Source of the DNA: Marsupella aquatica
Lineage: Eukaryota; Plantae; Marchantiophyta
Direction of reading: 5' to 3'
NCBI GenBank assembly: GCA_973895155.1
Contig: OZ316891.1
Coordinates: 7,619,808-7,683,807, forward strand
Length of the DNA: 64,000 nucleotides
Shown one piece after another: positions 24,848-36,675 of the stretch. Numbering within the stretch: the stretch's first letter is position 1; the number at the start of each line of letters is the position of its first letter. The notes under the pieces were generated by a model. That model worked only from the letters and a program-made list of their open reading frames with translations, was not told where the DNA came from and did not search any database. Both the position numbers and the translations under genes were made by a program.

Positions 24848-27800
24848 CTTCTCCAACATCTCCCTCTGGAAAAAAGGTCCCTGCTCCAACTCCTCCCCAA
24901 AGAGGCTGAGCGCCAGGTCCCCACACATCTCCCCGTACTCCATGGCTCTATCTTTAGCATAGGTGGAGTAAGTAGAAGTCATCGGCATCACCCACCTCGG
25001 CCTCTGTTCCCAAGACGCCTTGCGGATTTCTTCTACGGGCAAGAGGGTTGCTTCTTTTTTTGGCAAGCCGCCTGATGTCCTCCGGCCAATCTCCTCCTGG
25101 TAAATCTTTCTCCCTAGCCAGGGCTGCTTTCTCTTCCTCCCTAAGTCGCTCCTGAAAATCTTGTGCCGTTTGCTTTATGCCGTCAAAGCTCGGGGGAGCA
25201 ACCTCTGGTGGGGGAGACTCGGGGCTACTCTGTTGGGTGGGGTCCCCTCGAACTACTCTTGGAAGCGTGGGGATAAACCGGCCACAGGTCCTTACTCCTG
25301 GAACATGATGATCCGACCCATAGCCGGAGTTATCATTGCTGTAGTCCTACACCGCCTCCTCCACTCTTTGGACTCCCGGCTTCCCCCTCTGTTCCCCTGG
25401 TCCTGCCGTGAAAACGGCCTCACAGATCACGGGCTCTGGTTCCTCCTCTGGTTTCCAAACTGTCCTCTCCCTTTGCTTTCCGCGGGAAGGAGCCTTAGGC
25501 TGCTTTGCCTCCGATTCGGGGCTTGAGGCTCCCACATACATTCGAACTCCCGGCTTGTGTTCCGGCCTCCTTCTCTCGTTGGCTCCGGTAAAGGGGTTTT
25601 CCCTCCTGAGTTGGCTTAGGCCGGCCTCTGGGGCAGTGTCCTGTACCGGTGCTGTTGCCGGTGCCGTTCTCTCCTTCTCCAACAATTTCAGCAGATTCTG
25701 CATGCCTGATTGCTGCATCAACAAGTCTTCTTTCCTTGGCCAAAACACTTGCTTGATCGTAGGACTGGCAGGCTGGTTGGGCTCTTCTGTTGCCGGCCTT
25801 TGCTCCGGAATCTCCTCCAGTGCCCTTGTCGATAGGGGAAGTACTGGGGCAAAGATTTAACTTCTGGCATACCGGCACAACAGCGGCATGTGATAGCCAA
25901 GCCGGGACACGCTTCCCACGCCGATCACCTGCTGTTCCTCCTTCAAGATCTTCTTCAGTTGGTTGAGGAGGTACCCATTGTAATCCCGGCTTTGGTCTGG
26001 CCTTTCTGCCAGGTAGACCTGAGCCTTGCCGATCTCTGCCCTAGGCAAGTTACAATGCATGGTCACCCGCAAGAAATCGATCATCTCTCCGATGTGCGGG
26101 TTGGTGCAGGTGTTCCGGAAGAAGCCATTCTTTGTTGATGGTCCTGGGAACGACCAAAACTCCTTGTCAGGTAAGATCTTCCTGGTATCAACCTTGGTCT
26201 TATTACCCATCGGCAAGCCAAACACCTCGGCAATCATCCGGGAGTGAGATAGAAATCCTTCCCATACATCCTCGTGGAATTGGTCTCGGGTTCCCATGAT
26301 CCCATGAATTCTAATAAGTCTGAGTCCGGCACCTCCGGCTTCAGCCATGGTAATCTTATGAAGGCTTCCAAGCCGGATCCGGCTATGAAGCCCTGGTACT
26401 TCTTGGTCTACATGGCCGTAAAGCATGCATCCTCCTCCCGTGCAAAATATAATTGCACTTCCTCTGGTAGGGTCGCCGCCCAGCCTTTCCAGGTGTCATC
26501 CTTTGTTGGAATGGCATTGATGGGATCAACCTCCTCCTCTTCGGCTTCTCCCTGCCTCCTGTTCTACTGCTTTGCGGGCTTCCTTGGTGCCGCCGACCTC
26601 GTTTTTTTTGTCGGGGTGGCCTCTTCGTTGTTGTTTCCTTTCCTCTTCATCTCAGCTGCCGTGGATGTTTCTCCTAGCACAGTTGCCTTTGTCCACCCCT
26701 TCGTGCTACCCTTCAACTCCCAGTGCACGTCGTTGCAGCGGTTGATGGCTTCCTGAATGCCGACGATTTTGTCTTCGCAAAACAAAAGGTCATCGAGTTG
26801 ATTGGCAGTAGGAGTCCACAAGAACTCGGCCTTGATGAGTTCTCCTCCTAAGAAGGCAGACTTTTGCAGCTCCCACAGTCGAGCGAGCTCCTGCCGTTCT
26901 CGAGCTGCTCTCTCCGATTCTTTGTCCTCGTAAGTCCTAATGTACTCAGTTGCCCGTTTGAACAGGCATCCCCAAAAATGTGCCGCTTGATTGACGTTGC
27001 TCATACCCTCCTTGACTCGATCGTTGGTATCTGATCCCGCCCAGAGTGCTTGCCTAAGCAGCTGACAGTAGTTGGCCTTCCGTAGTCGTCTGCCCAGTTC
27101 GTGCTTGCAAATGAGCCACCATTCCTCGCGAGCGGTCCTTACCCCTCTCCTCCTTTGGTCTTTCCTCCCGTTGGTTACCCCTAGCCGCCAATGCTTAGCG
27201 CGCCCTAACCCTAATCGTGTTCTCTCCCCCAGCGTCCTTACCTCCGGCCTTGGCCCGGGTTCCATAGTCACCCTTAATTGTTTATATTTTCCTTGTTTTT
27301 GTTACTATACTAATGTGTTTATAGGGTACACCTCCGTTTTCCCCACTTAACTGGCCTAGTGATTCCTGGCTAGGCATCACACGTCCCATGCCGCTAAACC
27401 GCAAAACCGGCCTCACCAAGGGCAAAACCTGCGGGAATCGGCTTGTGCAGGGAGGTTTCTTGGGTTTAGGGAGCCATGGGATGCACCACAAAGGGTGACA
27501 GCTCATTCACAAACATTGATCAAGCAAATTGCGAGGAGAAGCCAACGACTATCAACTGCGAAGGTGACCACAGTGGGTGAAAGTAGATACCAAGCAACGA
27601 CATAAGGAGGGAATGAGCAACGTCAATCAAGTTGCACATTTCTGGGGATGCCTGTTGAAATGGGCAACGAGGACATTGGGACCTACAAGGAGGAGTCGGA
27701 AAGAGCAGCCCAAGAACGACAAGAGCTTGCTCGGATGTGGGAATTGCATAAGTCTACCTTCCTAGGAGGAGAGCTCATCAAGGCTAAATTCTTGTGGACG

Positions 27801-30329
27801 CCTACTGCCAATCAGCTCGACAATCTTCTATTTTGAGAGAATAGAATTGTCGGCATCCGGGAGGCCATCAACAGTTGCAACGACAAACATTGGGACCTAA
27901 AGGGTTGCACGGAGGCATGGACAAAAGCAACAATGTTGGGGAGTCATCAAGAGCGGCCAAAATAAAGAGGAAGATGACCTACAACAAGGAAACCACCCCA
28001 GCCAAGAGAACAAGGTTGGCAACATCTAGGAAGCCAACCGAGCAAGGGAGATAGAGGCAAGAGGAAGCCGAGGAACAAGAGGTCAACCCAGTCAATTCCA
28101 TCCCTACCAGAGATGATACATGGAAGGGTTGGGCAATGGTCCTACCACCGGCAGTGCAGTTACATTTTGCACAGGAGGAGAATGCATATTTTACAGCCAT
28201 GCACTCCAAGAAGTACCAAGGCTTCATGGCCAAATCGGGCTTGGAGGCGTTTGTTAGAAGACCATGGCTGAAGCCAGAGGTGCTGGAATCAGACTTGCTG
28301 GAATTCGTGGGATCATGGGATCACGAGTTGAATTCAACCAAGATCTACGAGAGGGAATTCTATCTCACTCCCAAGGTGATTGCCAAAGTATTTGGCTTGC
28401 CGATGGGCAACAAGACCAAGGTAGACACCCAGAAGAACTTGTCAGACAAGGAGTTTAGATCCTTCCCAGAACCATCAACCCCGCCATCAACAAAGAATGG
28501 ATTCTTCCAGAATGGTTTACCTAGCAGAGAGGCCACACCCAAGCCAGGACTACAACGGGTACCTCCTCACCCAATTGAAGAAGATCTTGAAGGAGGAACA
28601 ACAAGGGATAGGCCAGGGGAGCGTGTCCCAGCTTGGTTATCACATGCCGTTGTTGTGCCGGTACATGCTCGGAGCCAGACCTTTGCACCCATACTCCCCC
28701 TGCATGCAAGGGCGCCAAAAGAGGAGCCGGAGCCGAGACCGGCAGCAAGGAAGCCTGAACCGCCTGACAGCCCCACGATAGCGCAAATCTTTAGGCCAAC
28801 GCCGGAACCCATGCCGATGCAGCAACCGGCCATGCATGCAGAGCCTCTTGCAAAAGCTGCAGAAGGAGGCAATAGCGAAAGAGGCACCGGTACAGGGCAT
28901 TTTTGGGGAGGAAGGCACCGCAAGACCCACTAGAGCAGATCCCATTGTTGGGGCCGCAAACAGGAGGAGGGTGGAAAATGAGCCGGGGTGCCGAATGTAT
29001 GTGGGAGCCTCGAGTCCAGAACCCAAGGGACAAGCGCCCAAGGTTCCCAATCATGATGAAGAGAGAGGAAGGCGGGTGTGGGAGTCAGAGGAGAGACTAG
29101 CACACATGCACAGTTTCTGGCAAGATGCCGCATTCACGACTAGCCCAAGAGAGGATCCGCAAGCACCAGTACTCTAGGCCAAAAGGGAGGGCATGGAGGA
29201 ATACAACAATGATGACTTTGGCTACGGGTCAGATTGTTTGGTACCAAGGGTGCGGACCCGTGGCCACTTCATCCCCACACTTCCAAGAGTGGTGCATGGG
29301 GACCCAAAATAGCAGAGAAGCTCGAAGTCTCCCCCACCAGACGTCCCTCCTCCAAATTACGATGGGAGAAAACAGGCCGACCAGGAGTTGCTGGAGCAAC
29401 TTAGAGATCTGGAGAGGGCAACCCTGGCCAAGGAGAAGGATTTGCCAGGCAAAGGATGGTCGGAGGATATTTGGCGGCTTGTAGAGGACCAAGCCGGGCC
29501 CTTGCCCACGTTTGACAAGATTCAGAAGGCGGCATGGGAACAAAGGCCACGTTGGGAGATGCTGACATCTCCTAACCACTCCACCTATGCACGTTGCAGA
29601 GCCCTCGAGTATGGGAGGATGTGCAAATTACTTGCCCTTGACGTCTTTGGGGAAGAGTTGGAGTCGGGGCCTTTTCTCAATAGGGAGATGTTGGAAAAAA
29701 GCCGGTAAGTTGGAGGAAGCACTGGCCTTGGAGAGGATGAAGAAGGAGGAGGTCATCCGACGGCTTAGAGAGAAGGAAGCCAAGGCTGGAGATCTAAAGG
29801 CAACCAAGCAGGCTCAGGACAAACTGCGGGTTAGGATGCATGAGGTAAAAATCATGTAGAGGCAACTGGATGCGGCCAAGGCTGATAACCAATTAATTAA
29901 GAGTAAACTTGCCCAGACCCAAGGGCATTTGGCAAGGCTCTCAAGGAGAAGGAGAAGTGGAAGCAGGACCTTAAAGACGTAGAGGCGGCTCACCTAACAA
30001 TCAGCAACAAGGCCATGGCAGAGGCGCACAGGAAGAGCGGGCACTCAAGGAGGAGATCAAAGATTTCCGCAAGGCCTTCCATAAAAAAAAGACAAATTAG
30101 ATGAGGCCTACAAGAACGTCAATAAGTTGAAGGAAGATCTCGAAACCCTGTTGGCCAACTTTCAAGCCAACCTGCATAAGAAGGACGACATGCTCAATCA
30201 AACCTACAAGAAGATGAATAAGATAGAGTTTGATGTCGTCCACGAGCTCAATGCAAAGCTGAGAGCAACCCAGAAGGAGAGGGCAACCTTACGGAAGGAG
30301 TTGGATGAAAACCAGAAGGAGTTGGTGGA

Positions 30330-31550
30330 AGCGGCGCTATTGCAGGTAGAAAACATGCTCTCATAGGCTACTGATGCACATGGAGGACCGCCTGGGGCTC
30401 CCAATGAGAAGGACGAGGGACTGCATTGGAGTGGGTAGACTGGAGTGCTGGAGGTTGTACCTGTTCTACCTTTGACAGTAGGAGACACTGGAGAGCAGCT
30501 ACGTGATCATTTAGAACAGTTAGTGGAGATGGAGACAAGGGACACGACAGATAGGAATGATGGTGGGGTGAGCCTGGCTGCGTCCAGGTCCGGCACATCA
30601 TTGCAACGGGGGGCTGCTGGTGTTGACAATGACTCTCTCCATGGGGATACTGACATGGAGCTCTCAGAGTATGAAGAATACCTATCATGCAGCCAAACAA
30701 AACTGAGAGCCAGGAAACAAGCACTGAGAACACCCTCGGCTCGTAAATTGGAAAAAGATAAGATGGAAGGGGAAAAACAATGCTCCTTAAGCTTCTCACA
30801 TGAGCCTGTGTTGGTTGCAGAGGGCAGTGGACTGGGGAGGGATGTTGCTGGCTCTAAGGAGGTTCTGGAGCAAGCACAGTTGCATGAGGGGTCTACAGCC
30901 AGGAGCTTGACTAAACTTGTAGCTTCTCCCCCGGTGGGGGTGCGGGTCCTAGGTAGCCCTGTTGACCTGGGGGTTACCCCCCTGAAAGGACTGGTAGGGT
31001 TGCCTTGCCTGGGGCTCAACCCTGGATTTAGGAGTGAGGTATATCAAGATCCTCTGGACTTACCCGCGCTGATTGGCCTAAATGGATAGTTCATGGAAAA
31101 TTGCCTCCTGGAATGTGTGTGGGCTGTGTGAGCCCAACAGGAAGCATGTGATAAAAAAATTGGGCCTTGACATTAAGGCCCCCTCTTGATATTTTTGCAC
31201 TACAAGAAGTAAAATCTGAGCAGTTCAGATTAGACATTGCCTTACGTACTATTCTACCATGATATCAACATTTCTCTGCTGCCCCGGATGAGGTTGGGGA
31301 GGGTCAGCCCTTCTAATACAGCCGCTGCTCAAAGTGATAAGATCTGGTAGGCTGGAGTTTGGGCGAGCAGTGTGGGTGATTATAGAGCACTCTTGCGGGC
31401 TGATTGGGGTGGTTAGTGTGTATACCCCCAATTCTGCTAGGCAACGGGCCTTGTTATGGCATGAACTCAAGGTAGAATTGCCTCAAGCAAACTGGATATT
31501 GTGTGGTGACTTCAACATGACTAAATCTAGGCTGGATTCATCAGGTGGAT
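30330..31550 (+). mobile_element. L1-type LINE fragment (ORF1 end plus start of APE endonuclease)
   Basis: KIASWNVCGL, LQEVK, VYTPNS..WILCGDFNM endonuclease motifs at ~31095-31520, downstream of the 214-aa ORF 30445-31089. Confidence 0.8.
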
Positions 31551-34310
31551 TGTGGTGCGTCCCATGCCTCTCTGGACCCAAGAACCCTCCCTGAGCAAGC
31601 CGATTCCCACCGGTTTCTTGCTTGCCAAGGCCGATTCCAAGGTTTATCGGCATGGGATGCTGCTTTCCTCTCACTACTGTACTGATGTTTTAACCACATA
31701 TACTGGACAGATCCTTCATCGGGTCATGAGATATGTACCCGTCTTATTTTAGGCCTCACTTCCGTCTCTCCCATCAGTCTTCCTTCAGGTATGTTTGGAT
31801 TCCGCCCCCAGAATGATGCCCAATCGGCTTGGGTAGCAGCTAAGAGCCCTCTTAGCTCAACACATCCAACTCTCCCTTCTTCTAACTTACTTTCTCTCCT
31901 TAGTTGATATGGGCAATCTTCACACAAGTTGATGCGACACACAATTAGAAAGATGACTCCTACTGACTAAGGTATACCATGCCATTGCCATACAAGGAGT
32001 ACTTCTCATGCACAAGGTCTGCGAACTAAACCGGAAGGCCAACTCTATTCAACTCTTAGGCATGAGGAAACATAAATATACACAAAGGTCACTGCATAAC
32101 TAACCGAGAGCTTCTCTTTACTAACTGATTCCAACCTTGCTGGTGCACTAAAAACTTGCTTAAGAAGAAGGCCCTTGGGTCCCCGCTGACCAGGCATTTA
32201 TCCCGACAGCGTATAGGCTACCTATTTCCTTGTTGCGTAAGCCAAATCTACTCCTAAGTGGAATCTACCTATGTACAGCGGGGCAAGAGCACAAGTGTTG
32301 CTCTTACCAATGGATCCGCAATCCCACTAAGTGTCAGGGCCGCTTCTTGGTCCTGATCCTAATTCTAAATTTGGAGGTCTGCGCCCGCTTTGCCCACTCA
32401 CGCCTCCTACCTCCACGTTCGCCCTCCCTAAAAGGGACGCCGTCCTTACACCGTCACGACACCGGTGGCTGGTCCTCAATGGACGCCCCCAATCCTTCCT
32501 CGGTGGCCAATGTAGACCTTCTCTGACAGGTTATCCGCTCCTGACCGCGTCAACCCATCTTTGGCATGTCCGGGCCCCACCACTACTTTGGCCTCGGCTT
32601 CATTGGCTTCTGCCTATCCGGCTTCCACCACCCTGGCTTCTGTCTGTCCGGCTTCCATCTATGGGGGTCCCACCCCTGCGGCTTCTGTTCTCTCCTTCCC
32701 AACATCGGCTACCTTGTCGTAGTGGTCCTCCTCATAGGCTTGTTCTGTGAGTCGGGTTGTCTTGTCCTCCCAAGGTTGCAGTTGATGCCAATCAATGGTT
32801 GGCAACCTTGGGTCGGTGCCTGTCATGGCCTCCCCCAACCGGTCTTCTTGGCGAGGCTTTACACCGTGCCAGGAAACAGGAAAATGATTTCGTGTTATGA
32901 GCAAAATTTTACTGTTACGAACAAAAATGAGATATACAAAATTTCTCATTAAAACTCAAAATTTTCAAATATTTTTAAAAACGATCATTTTTGGCTAGCG
33001 CCAGGCGCTACTATTACTAGCTTGGGGCGCTAGTAAAAAAATGTCAAAAATACAAACCAAAAAAAAATAAATCCAAAAAAAAAAATTCCAAAAAAAATTT
33101 CAAAAAAATTTCAAAAAAATTCTCATCCATTTGTTGTTTCATGTTTCATGTTTACTGTTTGCTGTTTCCTTTTTACTGTTTCCTGGCACGGTGGTTATAC
33201 CCTTCTTGGCCTACCTCCTAGACTGCTTCCTTGACGGCTGGTGCCATGCTCTCCACCTCAGCGATGGTGGCCTGACAAACGGTGTGGCTCCCTGACCCAG
33301 AAGGTTTCCGCTTTTTGTCCTTCCCCACCCAAGCAACTGGTGCCTTCCCCTTGCCACTTACTTTTGGCAAGGGTGAGGGTACCACGGCTTGTCGCTCGGT
33401 TAGTACCACGCCCTACAACCTTGTTGCCGCTACCGGGGGTCCACTTGTTGCGGCCAGCCAATTTAGCTCCTCGGGCTGCTTCCTCAACCACTCAGTTTGG
33501 TTGTCCGCTCGCCTTTGCAGATTCTCCATCTTCTAGGTGGCGTCCTCCAACTCTACTAGGGTTTCGCCTAAATCCCCACGGGCTTGCTCCAACTCGGCTA
33601 GGTTCTCATCCAACTCCTTTTGTAAGGCCGCCCTCTCCTCTTGGGTTTCCTTTAGCTCTGCGTTGAGCTCATGGACGACATCAAACTTGATCTTATTCAT
33701 TTTGTTGTAGGTTTGATCGAGCATGTCATCCTTCTTCCGCAGCTTGGCTTGAAAGTTGGCTGACCGGTCCTCCAGGTCTCCCTTCAACTTGTCAATGCCC
33801 CTGTAGGTCTCATCAAATTTGGCTTGTTTTTGCTGAAGGGCCTTGCGGCATTCTTTGATCTCATCCTTCAGTGCGCGCTCCTTCCTCAGCTGGGCCTCGA
33901 TCATGGCTCTATTGCAGGCCGTTATGTGAGTTGCCTTTGCCTTCTTTAGCTCCTGCTTCCACTTCTCCTTCTCCTTGAGGGCTTCGACCACGTCTTCTTG
34001 AGTCTGGGCTAGTTGCCCTTGCATGATACTTATTTCATGCTTCCTAACTCAAAGCTCGTCCTGGGCCTGCTTGGCAACCTTTAACTCTCCGGCCTTGTCT
34101 TCCTTCTTTCTTAGCCGCCGGATGACTTCCTCCTTCTTCATCCTCTCCAAGGCCAGTGCATCCTCCAATCGGCTTTTCTCCAACATCTCCTTATGGATGA
34201 AGGCTCCCGTCTCTAACTCGTCCCCAAACATGTCAAGGGCGAGTAGCCCGCACATCCTCCCATATTCCAGGGCTCTAGAACGTGCATAGGCGGAGTGGTT
34301 AGGAGATGTT
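31551..34310 (-). mobile_element. Family A copy A4 (divergent subfamily), 3' half
   Basis: Terminus tgtggtgcgtcccatg at 31551; colinear with A3 from 18813; coiled-coil ORF pieces 33533-34255. Confidence 0.88.
32862..33193. mobile_element. MITE with 18-bp perfect TIRs
   Basis: caccgtgccaggaaacag / ctgtttcctggcacggtg around an AT-rich core, inside A4; TSD not resolved. Confidence 0.82.
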
Positions 34311-36580
34311 GGGCTCGCATAGTATATGGGATGATCCCTTCCTTACTCATCCAACTGACTTAGTACTGAACTGATATAGAAGCCTGAAACATCTACAAAG
34401 ACATGAAATTCCTTGTTCCAGTCTGGAGCTATCATGACTGGGGCCTCAACTTGCATCTGTTTTAATTCAATTATATTACTGCCGTCACTCTCTCTGGTGT
34501 GGGTTCAAAGTTTGCTCCTGCTTTGAGCATATTTGTCAAGGGTAATGCTAGTTTGGAATTTTTTTTGATGAATCTACGATAATAGCCAATGCATTCCAAG
34601 AAGGATCGAACATCCTTTATGTTCTTAGGTTGCATGATATCCAGCCATACTGCAAGTTTGCCCTTGTCAATCTCAATACCTTTCTTTGATACCTTGTGAC
34701 CGAGTAGCATCCCCTTCATTACTCCAAAGAAACATTTATCAGGGTATAATTTGAGGCCACCTCCCTACATCCCCTGAAGTCTTCCTGAGGTATTTAGCAT
34801 GTTTTGATGCTTTCCCAAACATTGCAAAATTGTCAATGAAAATCTCCATGAACTTTCTCAGGTAGTCATGAAAAACGTTCACCATCAACCTTTGGAATAT
34901 TGCTGGTGCATTATAGAGGCCAAACGGCATACGATTGAAGACATAAATTCCCCATTCCATGATGAAGGCAGTCTTGATGTGGTCCTCTTGCCTAATCCTG
35001 ATTTGGTTATAACCAGAGTACCCATCCATGAATGAGTATAATTCATGACTGGCTACCATGTCTAAAACCATATCAGTGAAGGGTAGAGGGAAGTGATCCT
35101 TTAATGTGGCTTCAGTCAACTTCTTGTAATCCTGACAAACCCGTATCTTGGGCTTCCCATCTGGTCCAGCCTTCTTGGGAACAATTACGATTGGGGACAC
35201 CCAGTCTGAATGTAGGACTGGGGTGATGAATCCTGCTTCCACTAGTTTGTCAATCTCTGCTTTGACCATCAGGGAATAATTAGGATTCATCCTTCTAATT
35301 GGTTGCCTAAAAGACTTGGCTCCTAGCATCAGATCAATTTGGTGCTCTCCTAATTTGGGGTCTACTCCCTTTAGATCTTGGTGGCTCCATGCAAACACAT
35401 CCTGAAATTCAATTAGTAATTCATTGATCTCTTTCTCAAGCTCCGGTGCCAAATTCCTGCCCAAGTTTAGTTCCCTACCTTCTCCTATATCGAGCTTCCT
35501 GTATTGCCGTGCTTGGATCATGTTGATCTGTTTTTTCAAATTTGGGTCAAGCTCGGCTTCCAACCTCTTGAGTCTCATCCCACCATAAACTGGTATCTCG
35601 ACGCTGCTAGTCAAGTCTATTGACTTCAGTTCTTTGTTATATGAGGACGTGTCCTCTTCCATCATGGTCGGCCTCAGATTTTACGGTTGAGATGTTGTTT
35701 CTTCCTTTGGATCCTGATCCGGCTTAACTTCCTCCCTTCATGCTCCCTCTTGTTGTGGCCGCTGTGCTCGCCTGGCTTCCAGTAGTGCTTCTATCTATTC
35801 TGCCCTGGTGATCGGCCTGTAAGCCAAAGTCTTGGATGTTAATTGGTTGCCGATGATAACCGGCGTTGTGGATCCTATCGGCCCTGCCACAACACCCGTT
35901 GAGAATCCAATACTCGAGGTGCCGCTCCCTGTCCGTTGATGTATCTACACGATTGTCTCCCAGTGATTCCTTCGGAATTGAAGCTAAAAAGGTAGACTCA
36001 ATGGCAAAGCAGTCCTCGACGTTTTCATCCTTTTCTTCCTCCATACTACTCTCTATTGGTTCCTGCCAAAGTCCATTGGGGGGTACATCTGGTCCAAAGA
36101 CACTCTCTTTGGTTAGGTTTGAGAGGCATTCTAACCATTGTACGTCATCGGCGGATTCTAACCCATTGTCATATCCGTCTATGTCTCAGATACCTTTACC
36201 TCTGTCATCCTTGGTGTCCCAGGATACCGTGATAGATGGGGTCCCAAAGGTAAATTCTTTCTTCCCCCAATCTTCTATCACCTTGGCTATGTAGAGCCAC
36301 GGCCTGCCAATCAGTAGCCGAAATGATGTGGGGTTCACCGGCCTCATTACCACATAGTTGATAGGGAAAAAGACTCCTCCAATTTCAGTTTTGATGCCGG
36401 TGAGGACTCTCGTGGGAATGACCTGATAGCCATTGGCCATATTTAACACTCTTCCAGTACTCTCTGGTGCCCCCATCCAATTGCGGTTGAATCAATCATA
36501 ATACATACCCCTGATCCTCCATCAAGGAGCCCCAGCACTACCATTAATGATTCAAGGAGAATTATTGCTACGTGTACCCA
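34311..36580 (-). pseudogene. Ty3/gypsy (non-chromovirus, Tat/Athila-like) protease-RT fragment
   Basis: LLDGGSG protease; DVFAWSHQDLKG, RVCQDYKKL, KDHFPLPF, FMDGYSGYNQI, MPFGL, FIDN(D); FLECIGYYRRFI. Confidence 0.9.
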
Positions 36581-36589
36581 TAGATGGAG

Positions 36590-36675
36590 GATCGGCCTCG
36601 CCAAGAGCGAAACCTGTAGGAATCGGCTTGTGTAGGGGGGTTTCTTGGGTTTAGGGAGCCATGGGACGCACCACA
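36590..36675 (+). mobile_element. Isolated 3' terminus of a family A element
   Basis: ...gggtttagggagccatgggacgcaccaca, followed directly by family B sequence. Confidence 0.85.

Larger units (their letters stand above)
18813..27381 (-). mobile_element. Family A copy A3, complete (4712 bp after removing nested C and one TSD copy), TSD CGTCC
   Basis: tgtggtgcgtccc at 18813 ... taggcatcaca at 27381; cgtcc at 18808-18812 and 27382-27386; ORF pieces 27271 down to 19713. Confidence 0.95.
14663..27490 (+). mobile_element. Family A copy A2, both termini present, TSD AAGGG
   Basis: tgtgatgcctag at 14663 ... gggatgcaccaca at 27490; aaggg at 14658-14662 and 27491-27495; ORF pieces 15823-18782; ~1-kb internal deletion near 18695. 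Confidence 0.92.
14394..30330 (+). mobile_element. Family A copy A1, outermost host (14394-14662 + 27496-~30330)
   Basis: 5' terminus tgtgatgcctagccagg at 14394; the sequence resumes colinearly at 27496 when compared with the copy at 7369; ends where a LINE fragment begins. Confidence 0.88.
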
